Shown one piece after another: positions 31,485 through 44,959 of a DNA stretch of 64,000 nucleotides. The notes under the pieces are model-generated. The model did not search any database. It had not been told where the DNA came from and saw only the letters and a list, made by a program, of their open reading frames with translations. The stretch is from Octopus vulgaris (lineage: Eukaryota), in assembly GCA_951406725.2 (NCBI GenBank), contig OX597819.1:39804001-39868000 (forward strand), in the 5' to 3' direction. The position numbers and the translations under genes are program-made. Each line of letters opens with the position of its first letter. The first letter of the stretch is position 1.

Positions 31485-31538
31485 ATTCTAGATCGTCCGA
31501 CTTCTGGTTTAGTAATACTTTACCGTCTTCAGTAGAAT
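31485..31538 (-). ncRNA. Decayed type I hammerhead ribozyme motif
   Basis: Minus strand ATTCTA-CTGAAGA-CGGT...ACCA-GAAG-TCGGACGA-TC-TAGAAT. 6-bp stem I is intact; A15.1 is replaced by G and stem II has mismatches. Confidence 0.6.
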
Positions 31539-31595
31539 ATACTAGAAGTACATACATATATATATACATAGCCATACAAATGCATTTGTATATAT

Positions 31596-31643
<48 letters not shown>

Positions 31644-31794
31644 ATATATACGTATATTCGATGTAAATCCGATAATTCATCTCAAGCTTAATTATAATAA
31701 TTACATATTTATATTAATGTTTACCTATATGGTTTTTATTAAATGCTGGCCACTGATAATATATCATTAATTGATTTTATCCTTAATTGTATAT

Positions 31795-32570
31795 ACTAGC
31801 AGAAAGACTGCCCTCCGGGCGGTTTTTTGCTAGCACCTTGATAATATTTTCACATTTGATCCCATTTCTAATAATTTTTATATTTTACGTCTAATTATTT
31901 CTTTGTATAATAGTGCCCACTTGCTTAGTAAGTATTGCTTTTATTGTTGTGGCTTCAGAGTATATAGGGATTTAAGAGAAATAATTTTTCCGAGGGTGTG
32001 GAGTGAGGAATTTTGGAAAATTCACACAATCTGACTTTTCCCTCATAACTTTCAGGAAGATAGGTATCTTTCAATAAAAATTTATACAGATCCCTTTCAA
32101 ACGGCATAGATTACGATTATAAAGAAATTTGTGGGAAAAACTTTTTCAGGGATTTTCCTAATTTTTTTAAACCACAGCCTTCGAAATGATGGGGTGGGGG
32201 GAATCTTTGCATGTAAAAAGTTTTGTAAACGTAAAAGTTTTGTAAAAGTTTTTTACACCCACCTTACTCATCATCCCACTCCGGACCTATTTTGGGAAGT
32301 TTTTTGTTTTGTTTTTTTTTTGCACTTCAAAACCATCCAAAGAGCATTTTCAGTAAAAAATATTTTAATAAAATTGTTAATATTTTCAGAGGGAAAAGTG
32401 AATGATTTAAGGGCGATTTGGCCGTTGTTTCTATCATATCCGAAGAAACCCTCCTCGTTTCTTTATCACTCCTGCATGTATTGATGTTTTTCAATATTTA
32501 TATGCTATAAAAAGGAAAATTTGAGAAGTTATGAATTTTTTGCATCCCCACTCCCTGTCCCCAAGTGTTT
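31795..32570 (+). mobile_element. Possible Helentron/DINE-1-like non-autonomous element
   Basis: Starts ACTAGC followed by a short hairpin (CTGCCC TCC GGGCGG), like the elements at 39240 and 63569. Boundaries are uncertain. Confidence 0.35.
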
Positions 32571-33190
32571 CTGTTTAGAAATGAAAATATTGGAGAGACT
32601 GAGAAGGCCATTGCTGGCATTTATCCAGAGTGATTTTTAAAAAGAATTATGAGATGTACTTGCATAGCAAGTGACTTGATATGAGATCATGTGCTGAAAT
32701 AAAAACAATTGCAGCATAGATGTTTGTAAGCCATTCAAGAACACACAAAAACCGTTAGTTTCACTGCACTGTTTAAATACAGAGATCCCAATGCATTTAT
32801 TTAACAAGAATTATACGGGTATTTTAAAATATTTCATTCAGAAAATAATAAATTACGTATACATTAATAGAATAAAATTTCGATTTTTCAAATAGCGAAT
32901 GAAAACTTAAAAGAGAAAGTGAGAGATATTGTAAATGAGAATGGAATACTCCGTAGTGAATGCAATGAGTATATAAATTTGTGAACTGGATGCAGTAAAT
33001 GGAAATATTTAAATTTGCGAGAAATTGGAGTTAAAAAAATTCAAGAAACTTGAGAAGTCGAAAATATAGGAAATTTCTTAGAACATGAATTTATAAAAAT
33101 ATTTCCAGACGGACAACCCTTTAATAATTTATTTCTTTTAGTACTTTTTGTAATTGTTATATGCCTAATTAATAAGCAGTTTTCTCCAGA

Positions 33191-33274
<84 letters not shown>

Positions 33275-33701
33275 GACTGTAAATATTTTTAAAACTTTCC
33301 AGAAGTTTATCATTTAAGTATATATACGCATGTCTAGAACTATTTGCATGGAAATACATGCATATATATATATATGCATATAAATATATATACATATGTA
33401 CATGCTCTGACTCCAAATACTCCAAATAAACACACACACACACACGCTAAAATTAGCCTGTTGATGTTGAAATTCCAAGGAAGGACTCTTGGATCTAGTT
33501 TACAAACTGGCTCTTGGTTGACAAGAAACTTTGAAATAAAACTAAATAATGATATACATACATAATATATACATACATATGTACGTGTATACATACATAC
33601 ATGCATACATGCATAAATACACACATACATACTCACATATATCCATACACACATACGTACATACATGCACACATATGTACATACATACATACATACATAC
33701 A

Positions 33702-33735
<34 letters not shown>

Positions 33736-34324
33736 CATACATACATACATACATACAAAGAACGCAAATATAAGCATCTATCCATTCATCAGTTACTGAT
33801 TGATGTTTTGCAGTTTCAGAACTTTTAACAACACAGCTAGCTTTAGTCTGTCAATAGATTTAAAGCAAACGTAAAACGGGACAACGTGAGGGAGCACAAG
33901 GTGCTTACGGTTTCACGAACCAAGAAGCCAACAATTGTTATGAATATACCATAAACTATGAATAGAAATTGCATAGGACATCTAAGGTCTTTCGACACAA
34001 TGAAAGTTTATCGAAAATAGTAGTTCCTTTTTGACGAAAGAGAAATAGAACAAGTAACAAGGATAGTTAACACAAGTAAAATGAAACAGATAACTAATAT
34101 GCACATGGGCAATGCGAAAGAAGAGGGCGTAGTCGTAGTTTAAATTCAGACAAAAGCTTTTCAACGAAAAGAAACGTAAGAAGAGAATGCGAAGTCTAGA
34201 TGAGTGCTACGTAGATGAACACACCTGGAAAGAAGACATATGTGAAAAAGAACAAACTATTGTGGGATAGAAGAAATATCAAAAGAAAGAATTACGGGAG
34301 AGAGAAAACAAGTAGAGATAGGTG

Positions 34325-34376
<52 letters not shown>

Positions 34377-34486
34377 ATATGGGGAGACAGCAAAGTAGTG
34401 AAAAAGAGAAGCGAGGTAAAAGTGAACGAAAAACATTAGAGGAAAACAAGGTCGCTATGAACATTATATATGAGTATATGTGTAAG

Positions 34487-35085
34487 AAGGCAGCGAGCTG
34501 GCTGAACCGTTAGCACGCCGGGCGAAATGCGTAGCCGTATTTCGTCTGCCGCTACGTTCTGAGTTCAAATTACACCGAGGTAGAATTTGCCTTTCATCCT
34601 TTCGTGGTCGATTAAATAAGTACCAGTTACGCACTGGGACCAATATAATCGACTTAATCCGTCTGTCTGTCCTTGTTTGTCTCCTCTGTGTTTAGCCCCT
34701 TGTGGGTAGTAAAGAAATAAGTATTTCGTCTGCCGTTACGTCCTGAGTTCAAATTCCACCGATGTCGACTTTGCCTTTCATCCTTACGGGGTCGATAAAT
34801 TAAGTACCAGTTACACACTGGGGTCGATATAATCGACTTAATCCGTTTGTCTGTCCTTGTTTGTCCTCTCTGTGCTTAGCCTCTTGTGGGTTGTAAAGAA
34901 ATAGGTATTTCGTCTGCCGCTACGTTCTGAGTTCAAATTCCGCCGAGGTTGACTTTGCCTTTCATCCTTTCGGGGTCGATTAAATAAGTACCACTTACGC
35001 ACTGGAGTCAATGTAATCGATTTAGTCCCTTTGTCTGTCCTTGTTTATCCCCTCTATGTTTAGCTCCTTGTAGGCAATAAAGAAT
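34487..35085 (+). mobile_element. SINE family B with its body triplicated in tandem (184-bp period)
   Basis: One head, then GTATTTCGTCTGCCG at 34537, 34721 and 34905. Confidence 0.9.
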
Positions 35086-35162
35086 TAAATATGAGTTTAT
35101 GTGTATGTTTCTGCGTGAAATTGTCTGAGTGCGTGCGTGTGCGTGTAAGTGTTTGTGTGTAC

Positions 35163-35199
<37 letters not shown>

Positions 35200-35202
<3 letters not shown>

Positions 35203-35326
35203 GGTGTCCACAAGGTCTGGGTACATGAGGATAAACACATACTTTAAGAAATTATCATTTCTTATATTTAATTGTTTATGTTATTATTTTACTTACTCCA
35301 TATACCCAGACTTTGTGGACACCCTG
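35200..35326. mobile_element. 127-bp Tc1/mariner-type MITE
   Basis: TIRs CAGGGTGTCCACAAGGTCTGGGTA / TACCCAGACTTTGTGGACACCCTG (one mismatch), flanked by TA within (TA)n. Confidence 0.9.
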
Positions 35327-35409
35327 TATATATATATATATATATATATAAACACACACACACACATGCAAAATATATATATGTATATATATATAAACAC
35401 ACACACGCA

Positions 35410-35449
<40 letters not shown>

Positions 35450-35570
35450 ACACACACACATGCAAAAATTAGCTTGTTGATGTTGAAATTGCAAGGAAGG
35501 ACTCTTGGATCTAGTTTAAAAACTGGCTCTTGGTTGGCAAGAAACCTTGAAATATATATATATATATATA

Positions 35571-35763
35571 AAGGGAAAATTTACGAAAATAAACAAAAGA
35601 CGAAGGCAGGATATGTTCAAACAAACAAATGTATTAGTATAGCGCTCAGGAATAGAAAAATTATTTTACGTTTCGAGCCTACGCTCTTCTACAGAAAGGG
35701 GCACAGAAAAAAACAAGGAGAGAAAAAAAAATGTGTGTAGTAGCTAACGATCTATCATGGCGG
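35571..35763 (-). mobile_element. Family H1 hammerhead-like element, copy 3
   Basis: Reverse complement of 2975-3160; motif at ~35664-35698. Confidence 0.8.
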
Positions 35764-35915
35764 ATATATATATCCGAGTTTGTATGATTGTGTATTGAAG
35801 ACCATATTAATCAATGAAATACCAGCTTAGTCTGATTTTCACGTTTTATTATATGCAATTACAATTCTATAATTTTTCAATATTGAAATAAACAAGTAGT
35901 TTCATGCGTTACGCA

Positions 35916-35997
<82 letters not shown>

Positions 35998-36141
35998 AGT
36001 AGTTGAATGAATTATCTTATTAAGGATAATTCGAATTAACCGATACCGGGGTAGCAAATTCACATCAGAAAAAACACGGTTGAAGTTACGTGCCTAGGGC
36101 ATAGATTACGTGTTTTTTGTGCATTTTGATGTTGACATAAG

Positions 36142-36240
36142 TTCCTTGCTTTTCCTGATGAGAAAGCGGCATAATGTACTCCTTATTCCTTCGCAATTAG
36201 GAATATGCAGCCTTCGAAACATATGTCGAAAATAAAGGAA
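36142..36240 (+). ncRNA. Type I hammerhead ribozyme with canonical core; predicted cleavage after C36227
   Basis: Stem I TTCCTT-GC-TTTTC / GAAAA-TA-AAGGAA; CTGATGA 36155-36161; stem II GAAAGCGGCATA / TATGCAGCCTTC; GAAA 36216-36219; palindromic stem III ACATATGT; GTC triplet. Confidence 0.8.
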
Positions 36241-36324
36241 TTTTGTTAATCCGTCGTTCAGCTCCATTCTTTCATATATTTATATTTTTAAAATATATAT
36301 ATATAAATGTATATATATATATAT

Positions 36325-36815
<491 letters not shown>

Positions 36816-37352
36816 TTTATAGACAGATATTATTGTATGCATGTATTAGAAAATTTCAAATACTGAACCTCCAATTTGTAACGCCTATTTGAGGTAAAGT
36901 AGACAATGGTAAATATATTGTATTACTCTATTCGTACATTAAAGGAAAATAATCCTCGTGAGTGTCATGACTGATTGACCGCTCACAGGATGAGAACACT
37001 TCACTCCCCACTATAGCAACTCTATTTTTAAACACACACACACGCTTAAATACATATATGCAAACACACACACATATACACATATATTATATATACATAT
37101 ATACATACATATATATATATATATATATACATGTGTATATATATAAAGTATATATATAAGTATATATATAAAGTATATATATATATATAAGTATATATAT
37201 AAGTATATATATAAAGTTAATCCAAACATGAAAACACAACAGCGCGAGGACGTGGAACAAGTATAGTGTTATTGGACGCTGAGGAAAGGAAAGATCCAAG
37301 GGAGGGAAGACGGAGGAAAAATATCGCCAACGATACACACGCGGTCACATAT

Positions 37353-37431
<79 letters not shown>

Positions 37432-37434
<3 letters not shown>

Positions 37435-38215
37435 GGTGGGTGGAAAAGTAACTAGGCATTAGAAATTGATAATACAATTTTTAGTATCACCGAAGTCATG
37501 ATGAAAACATTTTTTAAACAAACAACTGTAGAGGGTATTTTTTTATTTTCTTATTGTCTTATTTCTTATTTCTTATTTTCCAAATGGCCAGTCTCTTGAC
37601 TGTTCAGAAGCGAGCTAAGATAACAGCTCGCTATAAAATGTGAAAATCCGTTGTTTTGGTTCAGAGATGTTGGCGTGCATGGAAAGGTAAGCATGTAACA
37701 CTACGACTGGAGACAATTAAAAGTTGTCATGCAAAGCTGATGACCACGAGCTTTGTGAACGATGCAAGAAGTGGCTGTCCAACTACATCCTGATCAGCGG
37801 AGAACGTGGCAACAGTGCAGGAGATGTTTAGTCGCAGTGCGCAAAAATCAACACGTCAAGCATCTCGTGAAAGTGGACTAACAAGACACATAAAGAAATG
37901 AATTTTCGTTCCTGGAAACACCATTGCGTGCAGGAGCTAAAGCCTGAAGACTGCGACCGCAGAATGAAATATGGGAAGTTAATGCTAGGTGGGTATGAAG
38001 ATTCGCCTAAATTGTTTGAAAACATCCTCTGGATTGACGAGGCTGGGATGTTATACTACCGATGGCACAGCGGAGGACTTGAAGACACGGATTCAGGAGA
38101 TACTCGTTGGTATCCCAGACAATGTCCTTCAGAAGGTTATTCATTCCTCCTTGGTTTATACTTGTTTATGGAGAAATTACATGTTTTCTGTGTTCCTCCC
38201 GCTCATTCCGTAAAA
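37432..38215 (+). pseudogene. Internally deleted Tc1/mariner (rosa/DD41D-like) transposon
   Basis: TA|CAGGGTG terminus at 37432. From ATG 37584: MASLLTVQKRAKITARY..SVVLVQR...KSTRQASRESGL, then VQELKPEDCDRR..ENILWIDEA, which jumps to EDLKTRIQE..IPDNVLQKV. Confidence 0.85.
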
Positions 38216-38622
38216 AATTATTTGAAGAGAGCAGAAATTGAAAGAAGAGAAAGCGAAAAGGACAGAGAAAGAAAGTGAAAGATGTATGTACGTCTATATA
38301 AAATGGATGCGTGTGTGTATGTGCGTGCGTGCGTGCGCGTGTGTGTGAGAGAGAGACAAATAGAGTGAAAAAGAGAAATAGAGTGAGTGAGAAGGTGTGT
38401 GTCGTGATGATTGATATCTTTTAAAGTACACATACATATAGAAAATGTGATGTCATTGTATAAAATGTTTATGATAGTTCATTTATGGAAAATATTGTAA
38501 TGTTAAATTTTTGAAATGCAAATATGTGAATGAAAATTAAGTTTAATTAGTAGCCGAAATAGTATTGAATATTTTGATACCCCATACGTCAAAATCTGTA
38601 ACTCGGTTTTGGAACGCATAAA

Positions 38623-38681
<59 letters not shown>

Positions 38682-38816
38682 ACAGACTTCTTTCAAACTC
38701 AAAGGCAAGAAGTTGGAATTTTATTTGGCCCTTGACACTGCATGGATCTTGGCTTTTGTATTTGACGACTGTTGCTTTAAGTATTTTATTTCGATTTTAT
38801 GTACATATGTATGCAC

Positions 38817-38847
<31 letters not shown>

Positions 38848-39239
38848 TGTATGTATCTATGTATGACCCAATGAGGGAGACCTCTACATGGTAGCTAGAC
38901 TTAGTACAGATAGCAGCCAAATCTCCCTCAAAACACCCTACTGTCTTAATCCGACAATTCTGTCTATTATGTAGTTTGAATGAAAAACTGTAACTAAAGA
39001 TTGAGGTTATTTACCCCAAACTTGGACAGTGTTAAGAAGTGGAGATGTTTGGTGAATGTATGTGGTGGTTACTTTAGACTGTTTTTTCTCAATAAGGATA
39101 ATTTATTGACAACGAATCTTAACACAATATATATACTATTTCAAGTGGAATCGGACATCATAAGAGACACAGAGAGAGAAAAGAAGAGAGACAGCATAGC
39201 GACGGTTTTGGCTGACTGTCATCCTGTACTTCCCTTCTT

Positions 39240-39467
39240 ACTAGCGAAATGGTATTTGTCGGCTGTCTGAGCAAACACGTTAATTTTAAAAGCGGAACAA
39301 AAATAGCAATTCTCACTTTGAAACTAACAATCTGAAAATCTTTTTAGATTGCGGAACGCCCCGCTTTCTCATGTATCCATGTTTAAAATTTCAGCGCGAT
39401 CGGATGAACAACACTCGAGTTATAAGCGCACAAACAGACAGAGGAACGGATTTTATATATTAGATAT
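39240..39467 (+). mobile_element. Helentron/DINE-1-like non-autonomous element
   Basis: ACTAGC start, AAAATTTCAGCGCGATCGG, ACAAACAGACAGA and a TTTTATATATTAGAT end, as in DINE-1/HINE-like elements. Confidence 0.55.
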
Positions 39468-39475
39468 GTATATAT

Positions 39476-39532
<57 letters not shown>

Positions 39533-39994
39533 CATATATATATACATATATATACACACATATATATATACACATATATATACATAGATATATATATATA
39601 TATACATATATATACACACATATATATATAGAGATATACACACACATATATATATATGTATATACACACACACTCATACACACACACATACACATACATA
39701 TATGTAAGTATGGTGATGCAAACGGGAGATATAAAGCAGAAAGTGAGTATATGTATTTTTCTATTAATATTCAGCAGAAGCAACAGAATAAGTGAAAGCA
39801 GAATTTCATGCGTTGGCATTTAACGAACGAAACCCTCGGCCCTCGAGTCAGTCTGTCGCTTCAGTTAAATATCAAGATATATATATATATATATATATAT
39901 ATATCTATATATTATTCTCTTATTCCTTTACTTGTATCAGACCTAAAGGTGTAACCATGCTGGAGCATCGGCAGTGTAATCACCCCTTTAATGC

Positions 39995-40965
39995 TCAATT
40001 CTATGTGTTTGGCTTTTGGTGAAGAAGGGAGTTCAATACTTCTGCCCTCTTTTGTATCTCCTGCCTTGATATTGGTTCACCTGGGACCTTTGATAGCAGG
40101 AGGTGAAGTTGTTTCTTGGTAACATCTGCCCCCACTCCATGAAGACCCCTCAGATATTTTAGCCAGGCCCTTGAATCCCAAACTATTGCAGTACATGGTT
40201 CTTTCTCTAGATGGCATTGCTTGGATCTTTGGAACAGCGCAGCGACGTCCATTTCGGAGTCTGGTATAGCTATCGATTTCAAAGTTCGGTGTCACCCCAT
40301 CCAGGATCTTCCATACATACATCACTGCGTACTTCTCTCGTCTTAGCTCCTAATAGTTAAGTCGTAGCCCTTTCAATTTCTCCCAGCAGCTCAGCTGTTC
40401 CATTCATGCAGTCTTCCTGGTGTGACATCGCTGAGCTGCCTCAAGTTTTGCTATTAATCTTATACTGCAGAGTGACCACAGTGAAAGCAGTGGTACAGAC
40501 GGCTGAGCACAAATGTCCTCTATAGAACTAGCATAGTTCCCTGGTCCCGTGTTCTAAAAGTTCTTAGAATCCATCCGATCATCTCGCCTCCACACTGCCA
40601 CCATATTGGGGATATGTATGTGAAACGAGGCATAGTTTGTCATATCAACCCCAAGATCACGCACCGTATGTGACTCTGGGATTGCCGCTCCTTTCGGTCC
40701 AAAGTATCGTTGTTGCGGCTTCTGAGAACCAATTAGCAGACATCTGAGAGCATGGAATTTGCCTGCATTAAATTGCGTGTTGTTTTCCTCAGCCCATTTA
40801 TATATGGTATCTAGGGCTTTCTGAAGAAGATTATCATAAGAAGGTTCTTTGATTATTTATACTACATTTGTGTCGTCGACACAGCTAATAATGTGGCTGT
40901 CTGTTCGACTGATGGCATGTCTGACAGAGCTACCATGAAAAGCAGCGGCACCTATACAGTACCCA
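39995..40965 (-). pseudogene. CR1/L2-group LINE reverse-transcriptase 3' fragment
   Basis: Minus strand [16 protein letters not shown]...[24 protein letters not shown]...DLGV...GWILRTFRTRD...WEKLKGLRL...YVWKILDG. Confidence 0.85.
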
Positions 40966-41105
40966 GAAGCAATCCATATACTTATACATATATATTCACA
41001 CATATTCACTTCCACGCACTTTTTGGCGCACAAATAGAAAAATACAATACATCTAGTACAGTTTATTTTATTCATTCGAACCTGATTCATATATGCCTGT
41101 CTGTA

Positions 41106-41139
<34 letters not shown>

Positions 41140-41627
41140 CATACAGTATATATATATATACATATATATATATATACATACATATATATATATATACATA
41201 CATATATATATATATTATATATAAATGTATATATATATGTATGTATATATATATATGCATATATATGAATACACACTCACATACATATATATATAAACAC
41301 ACACTCATATACATACATACATACATACATACATACATACATACATGCACACATACATACATGCATACATACATATGTGTTTCCTTTATAACTGTTTGAT
41401 TGCTTTTTGTGTACACTTCGTTTATTTTGTCGAATGTCACAAAATTTATTGAATGAATATTTATTAATAGATAAACACACATACTTGTTCTCATTTTAGA
41501 ACTCGTCATTCTTCTCTTTCTTCTTTCTTTTTCTTTGCGTATTTTTTTTCTTTTCTTCTTTTAATTGCAATACTAGCACTGGCACCCACGTCACCACCTT
41601 CGTCATACCATCATCATCATCATCATT

Positions 41628-41668
<41 letters not shown>

Positions 41669-41669
41669 T

Positions 41670-41729
<60 letters not shown>

Positions 41730-41825
41730 TCGTAGCAATGCTATAAATCTGTACTATATGAATATATATAGTGTGTAGGTCGATATGTATATATAGATAA
41801 GTATATATATAGATAGATAGATAGG

Positions 41826-41880
<55 letters not shown>

Positions 41881-41909
41881 GTATGTATATATATATATAT
41901 ATATATAAA

Positions 41910-41954
<45 letters not shown>

Positions 41955-42016
41955 GAAATGGGGTAAGAGTGATGGAAAGATGAGTGTGTGCGTCTAAGTG
42001 TAAATGTGTATTTATG

Positions 42017-42056
<40 letters not shown>

Positions 42057-42340
42057 TAAACGTGCAAAACTCTTTGTAGGAAATGTCTATTCGTATATGT
42101 ATACGAAAGGCTTATGTCTATGTGTGTGTGCAAAAGGTGTACTTGAGATTAATATATTTACTTCTCTTTTAATACCATTTTGTTTTGGTGACCTAGATCT
42201 TTTCTACTTTTCTCTCTGCCTCCCCACCTCTCTCTGTGTCTCTCTTTCTCTCTCTCTCTCTCACACACTCTCTCCCTCACTCTATCTATCTATCTTTCTT
42301 TCCTTCTATCTTTTTGATATTTTTATATCGAAGTTTTGTC

Positions 42341-42525
42341 TGACGTCAGACGATACAGTAACGCCATTAACCAGATGTAAACGATATGACTCTACAGGCA
42401 TTCCAAACTTACCTTGGCTACAATGTGTCACAAAACTCTACCTGTCAAACGATATTCCCGCCCTCCGTCACGTCATTGTTGCTAATTTACGTCAATATTT
42501 CCAAGAAAAGTTATTTATAAATAAA
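42341..42525. promoter_or_regulatory. Candidate cis-regulatory cluster (CRE/ATF x3, GC box, STAT-like, MEF2/TATA-like)
   Basis: TGACGTCA 42341, CCCGCCC 42457, CGTCACGTCA 42466, TTACGTCA 42487, TTCCAAGAA 42499, TTATTTATAA 42511, all in unique sequence. Confidence 0.3.
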
Positions 42526-42721
42526 TATACTACCCACCCATTTACCCGCACTAAGTGACTTTTGACATAAGCCAAACACCGAGGGTAACTAAGCTATCTC
42601 TCACCTATTTCTTTCATATTGATATTTTTAGTTTACTTGTTTGTTACTATTTTAAGGTTTCTTTTACTGCCAATGACTAAAAAGTATGATTGGAATACAC
42701 TGCCCGATTATTTCAGAGATC

Positions 42722-43150
42722 AGATCTTTACGGTTTGAACGACAGTTTTTAACATAATTTCTAGGTAACTAGAAAATTTTAAACTTCGTATACTGGTAGA
42801 ATGTGTTTATAAAACATCTTTTTCTCTTGGCTTTATTGAGAAAATTCTATAGTTTGTAAGATATTTGTTGTTTTTTTCTTCAATTTTTGCAATTTCAACC
42901 AATCGATGACGCCCATTGAGTTAAAAAAACATTCTGTGCCGTATGAATATGTCCCTCGTTTAAGAAACCGAGGTTTGTTTACATTTGTGAAGAAAAAAAG
43001 ATACCCTTCCCCCCACCCCTAAACCTAACTAACCCTAACCCTAACCCTAAAATAGATTGAAATGCAATAGATCGATATTAGGGTCATAATTATGGGTGAC
43101 AATTTCATATGACACCGCTAGAAAAAACTGCCGTTCAAACCGAAAAGATC
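42722..43150 (+). mobile_element. MITE with ~28-bp TIRs and internal (CCCTAA)n, copy 1
   Basis: GATCTTTACGGTTTGAACGACAGTTTT ... AAAACTGCCGTTCAAACCGAAAAGATCC; near-identical to 52451-52877. Confidence 0.85.
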
Positions 43151-43749
43151 CCAAGTTACATCTGCCTCTAAGGAGCCCGCAAGAGAAATTGAGGAAATGA
43201 ACAAAGATTTTTAAAATACTGAAATTTCGAAGCAATTACGACCAACTAAACATAACTCATGTGTTGTGTCTTGTAAACTTTATATAAAATTAACAAATGC
43301 CGTCACTGTAAATTATACAGCATTTGAGTCTAAACAGTTATTTTTAGTTGTTGTTGCCGTCTGCTTTCTACACTAAGTTGTTTTTAGCGGCAGAAGCAGA
43401 CTAATTTCGCGCGTGATGTGTATGCGCTTGACAACCGGTGTTGGTTTACGCCACCGTAACTTCAGCAAAAAATGACCCATAGAATAAGTACCAGATTTTA
43501 CAAATAACTACTGGGATTGATTTCTTCGAGTAAACACTTCAACGCCGTTTGGCTGTAGTCAATCATTTGAAAGAAGTAAAATATAAAAGAAAAGAATTAA
43601 TTGAATGCAATTTCTTTTTTTTTTTTTTCTTTTTTCTTAAAGTTTGTTGATTTGCTAGCTTGTCATGTCGTTTTAGCACTCGTAGATCAGTTTGGTATAT
43701 TTATATCATATATAAGTGACAACTACAATATTTATTTTTTAAATTCAGA

Positions 43750-44750
43750 AAATGATGGTGTACTATAATTTATAAAAAGACCATACGATGTAGTATGCGT
43801 CAAATTTGATTCAAGAAATGGGCGGTAAAGTTTTGTCGTAAGTTTATGTCATAAAATTCTATTAAACCATTCAATGAAGAATAAGAACGGCATTTCTCAA
43901 CCAACCATCTTTATCTAGCAGGCAAAGACTTGTTTTTCGAACAGAAGTCATCCAATATGAAACGTATGCAATATAACCAGAGTGGACAGGTATAGATTCA
44001 TAAGTATAGATTATGTACAAAAATACAGTCTCTGGCTCTCAAAGCTGTAGGTATGGTGTACTTTGCTAAATTTAATATTCTGGACATAAGGGTGATATGT
44101 TTGTTGTGCAAAATTATTGATGCTGATAAAGAAGTACATTTATTTTACACAGAAGTGAGACTGATTTCAAGTGGTAATGTGGGTAATTGATTTCGAGTAG
44201 TAATCTAGGGATTAAACTGAAAGAATTCTTTTCTAGAAATCAGAAGATAAAGCAATCCAATTTCCAGATAAATTTTCTGACAACAAATGGCCAATAAAGC
44301 TAACAAATCTGAATGATATTGTTTTTACGAGCCAATATAGTCAACAATGCGTTTCTAAGCAAACTAGCTACCGTTATAGACGCCATCGAAAAATTAAAGT
44401 CATTTCAGATAAAACTTAAGTTGTAGAAAGAAAAACTGAAGGCGGATCGTTACGATAGATTTGAGAATATGATTGAAAGTACGACGTTGCTGCAAGCGGA
44501 GAACATAACGAAATATGTGCTAACCCAGATAAAATTTGCTTTGCTAAGTGACGAATTTGACATCTACGTTCCCGATATTAGGGAACTGGTTGATCAACTC
44601 GTTCGAAGTCGTTTAAAACTAATAGCGGATCAATTCTAGTCAACTTGCAAGATAAATTTATAGAATTTATAAATGACTTCACAACCTAATATTCTTTGAA
44701 ACCTCTTTCCTAACAAAATGCTGGCATTCCACAACGAAGTTTTAAGACTG
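43750..44750 (+). pseudogene. hAT (Charlie/Buster-like) transposase remnant
   Basis: MVYFAKFNILDIRVICLLCK..D..KEVHLFYTEVRLISSGNV (cf. LLFHTEVRWLSRG), WPIKLTNLNDI, and IEKLKSFQIKLKL*K. Confidence 0.7.
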
Positions 44751-44959
44751 GGTGCTGAAAAGTCCCTGGCTTTAAGGGTATCGCGCAAGGATAGGGCTGT
44801 TACCTTTAAAAAGAGAGGTAGGATAACTATTTAGAAGATATGAAAAAAATCATGATGGCATACAATATATCTTTCTCTTTTTTGCAGATTCAAGGACCTT
44901 TACATGAAACTTGTAAAGAGTTCATGTCTCATATGAATAAATGAGTGATAGCACACACG

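Noticed and set aside
34537-35085. Regularly spaced repeats resembling a CRISPR array
   Set aside because: Whole 184-bp units repeat with no unique spacers, the context is eukaryotic SINE sequence, and there are no cas genes.
43015-43050. (CCCTAA)n as a telomere or fusion scar
   Set aside because: Only a few units, at the same position inside both MITE copies.
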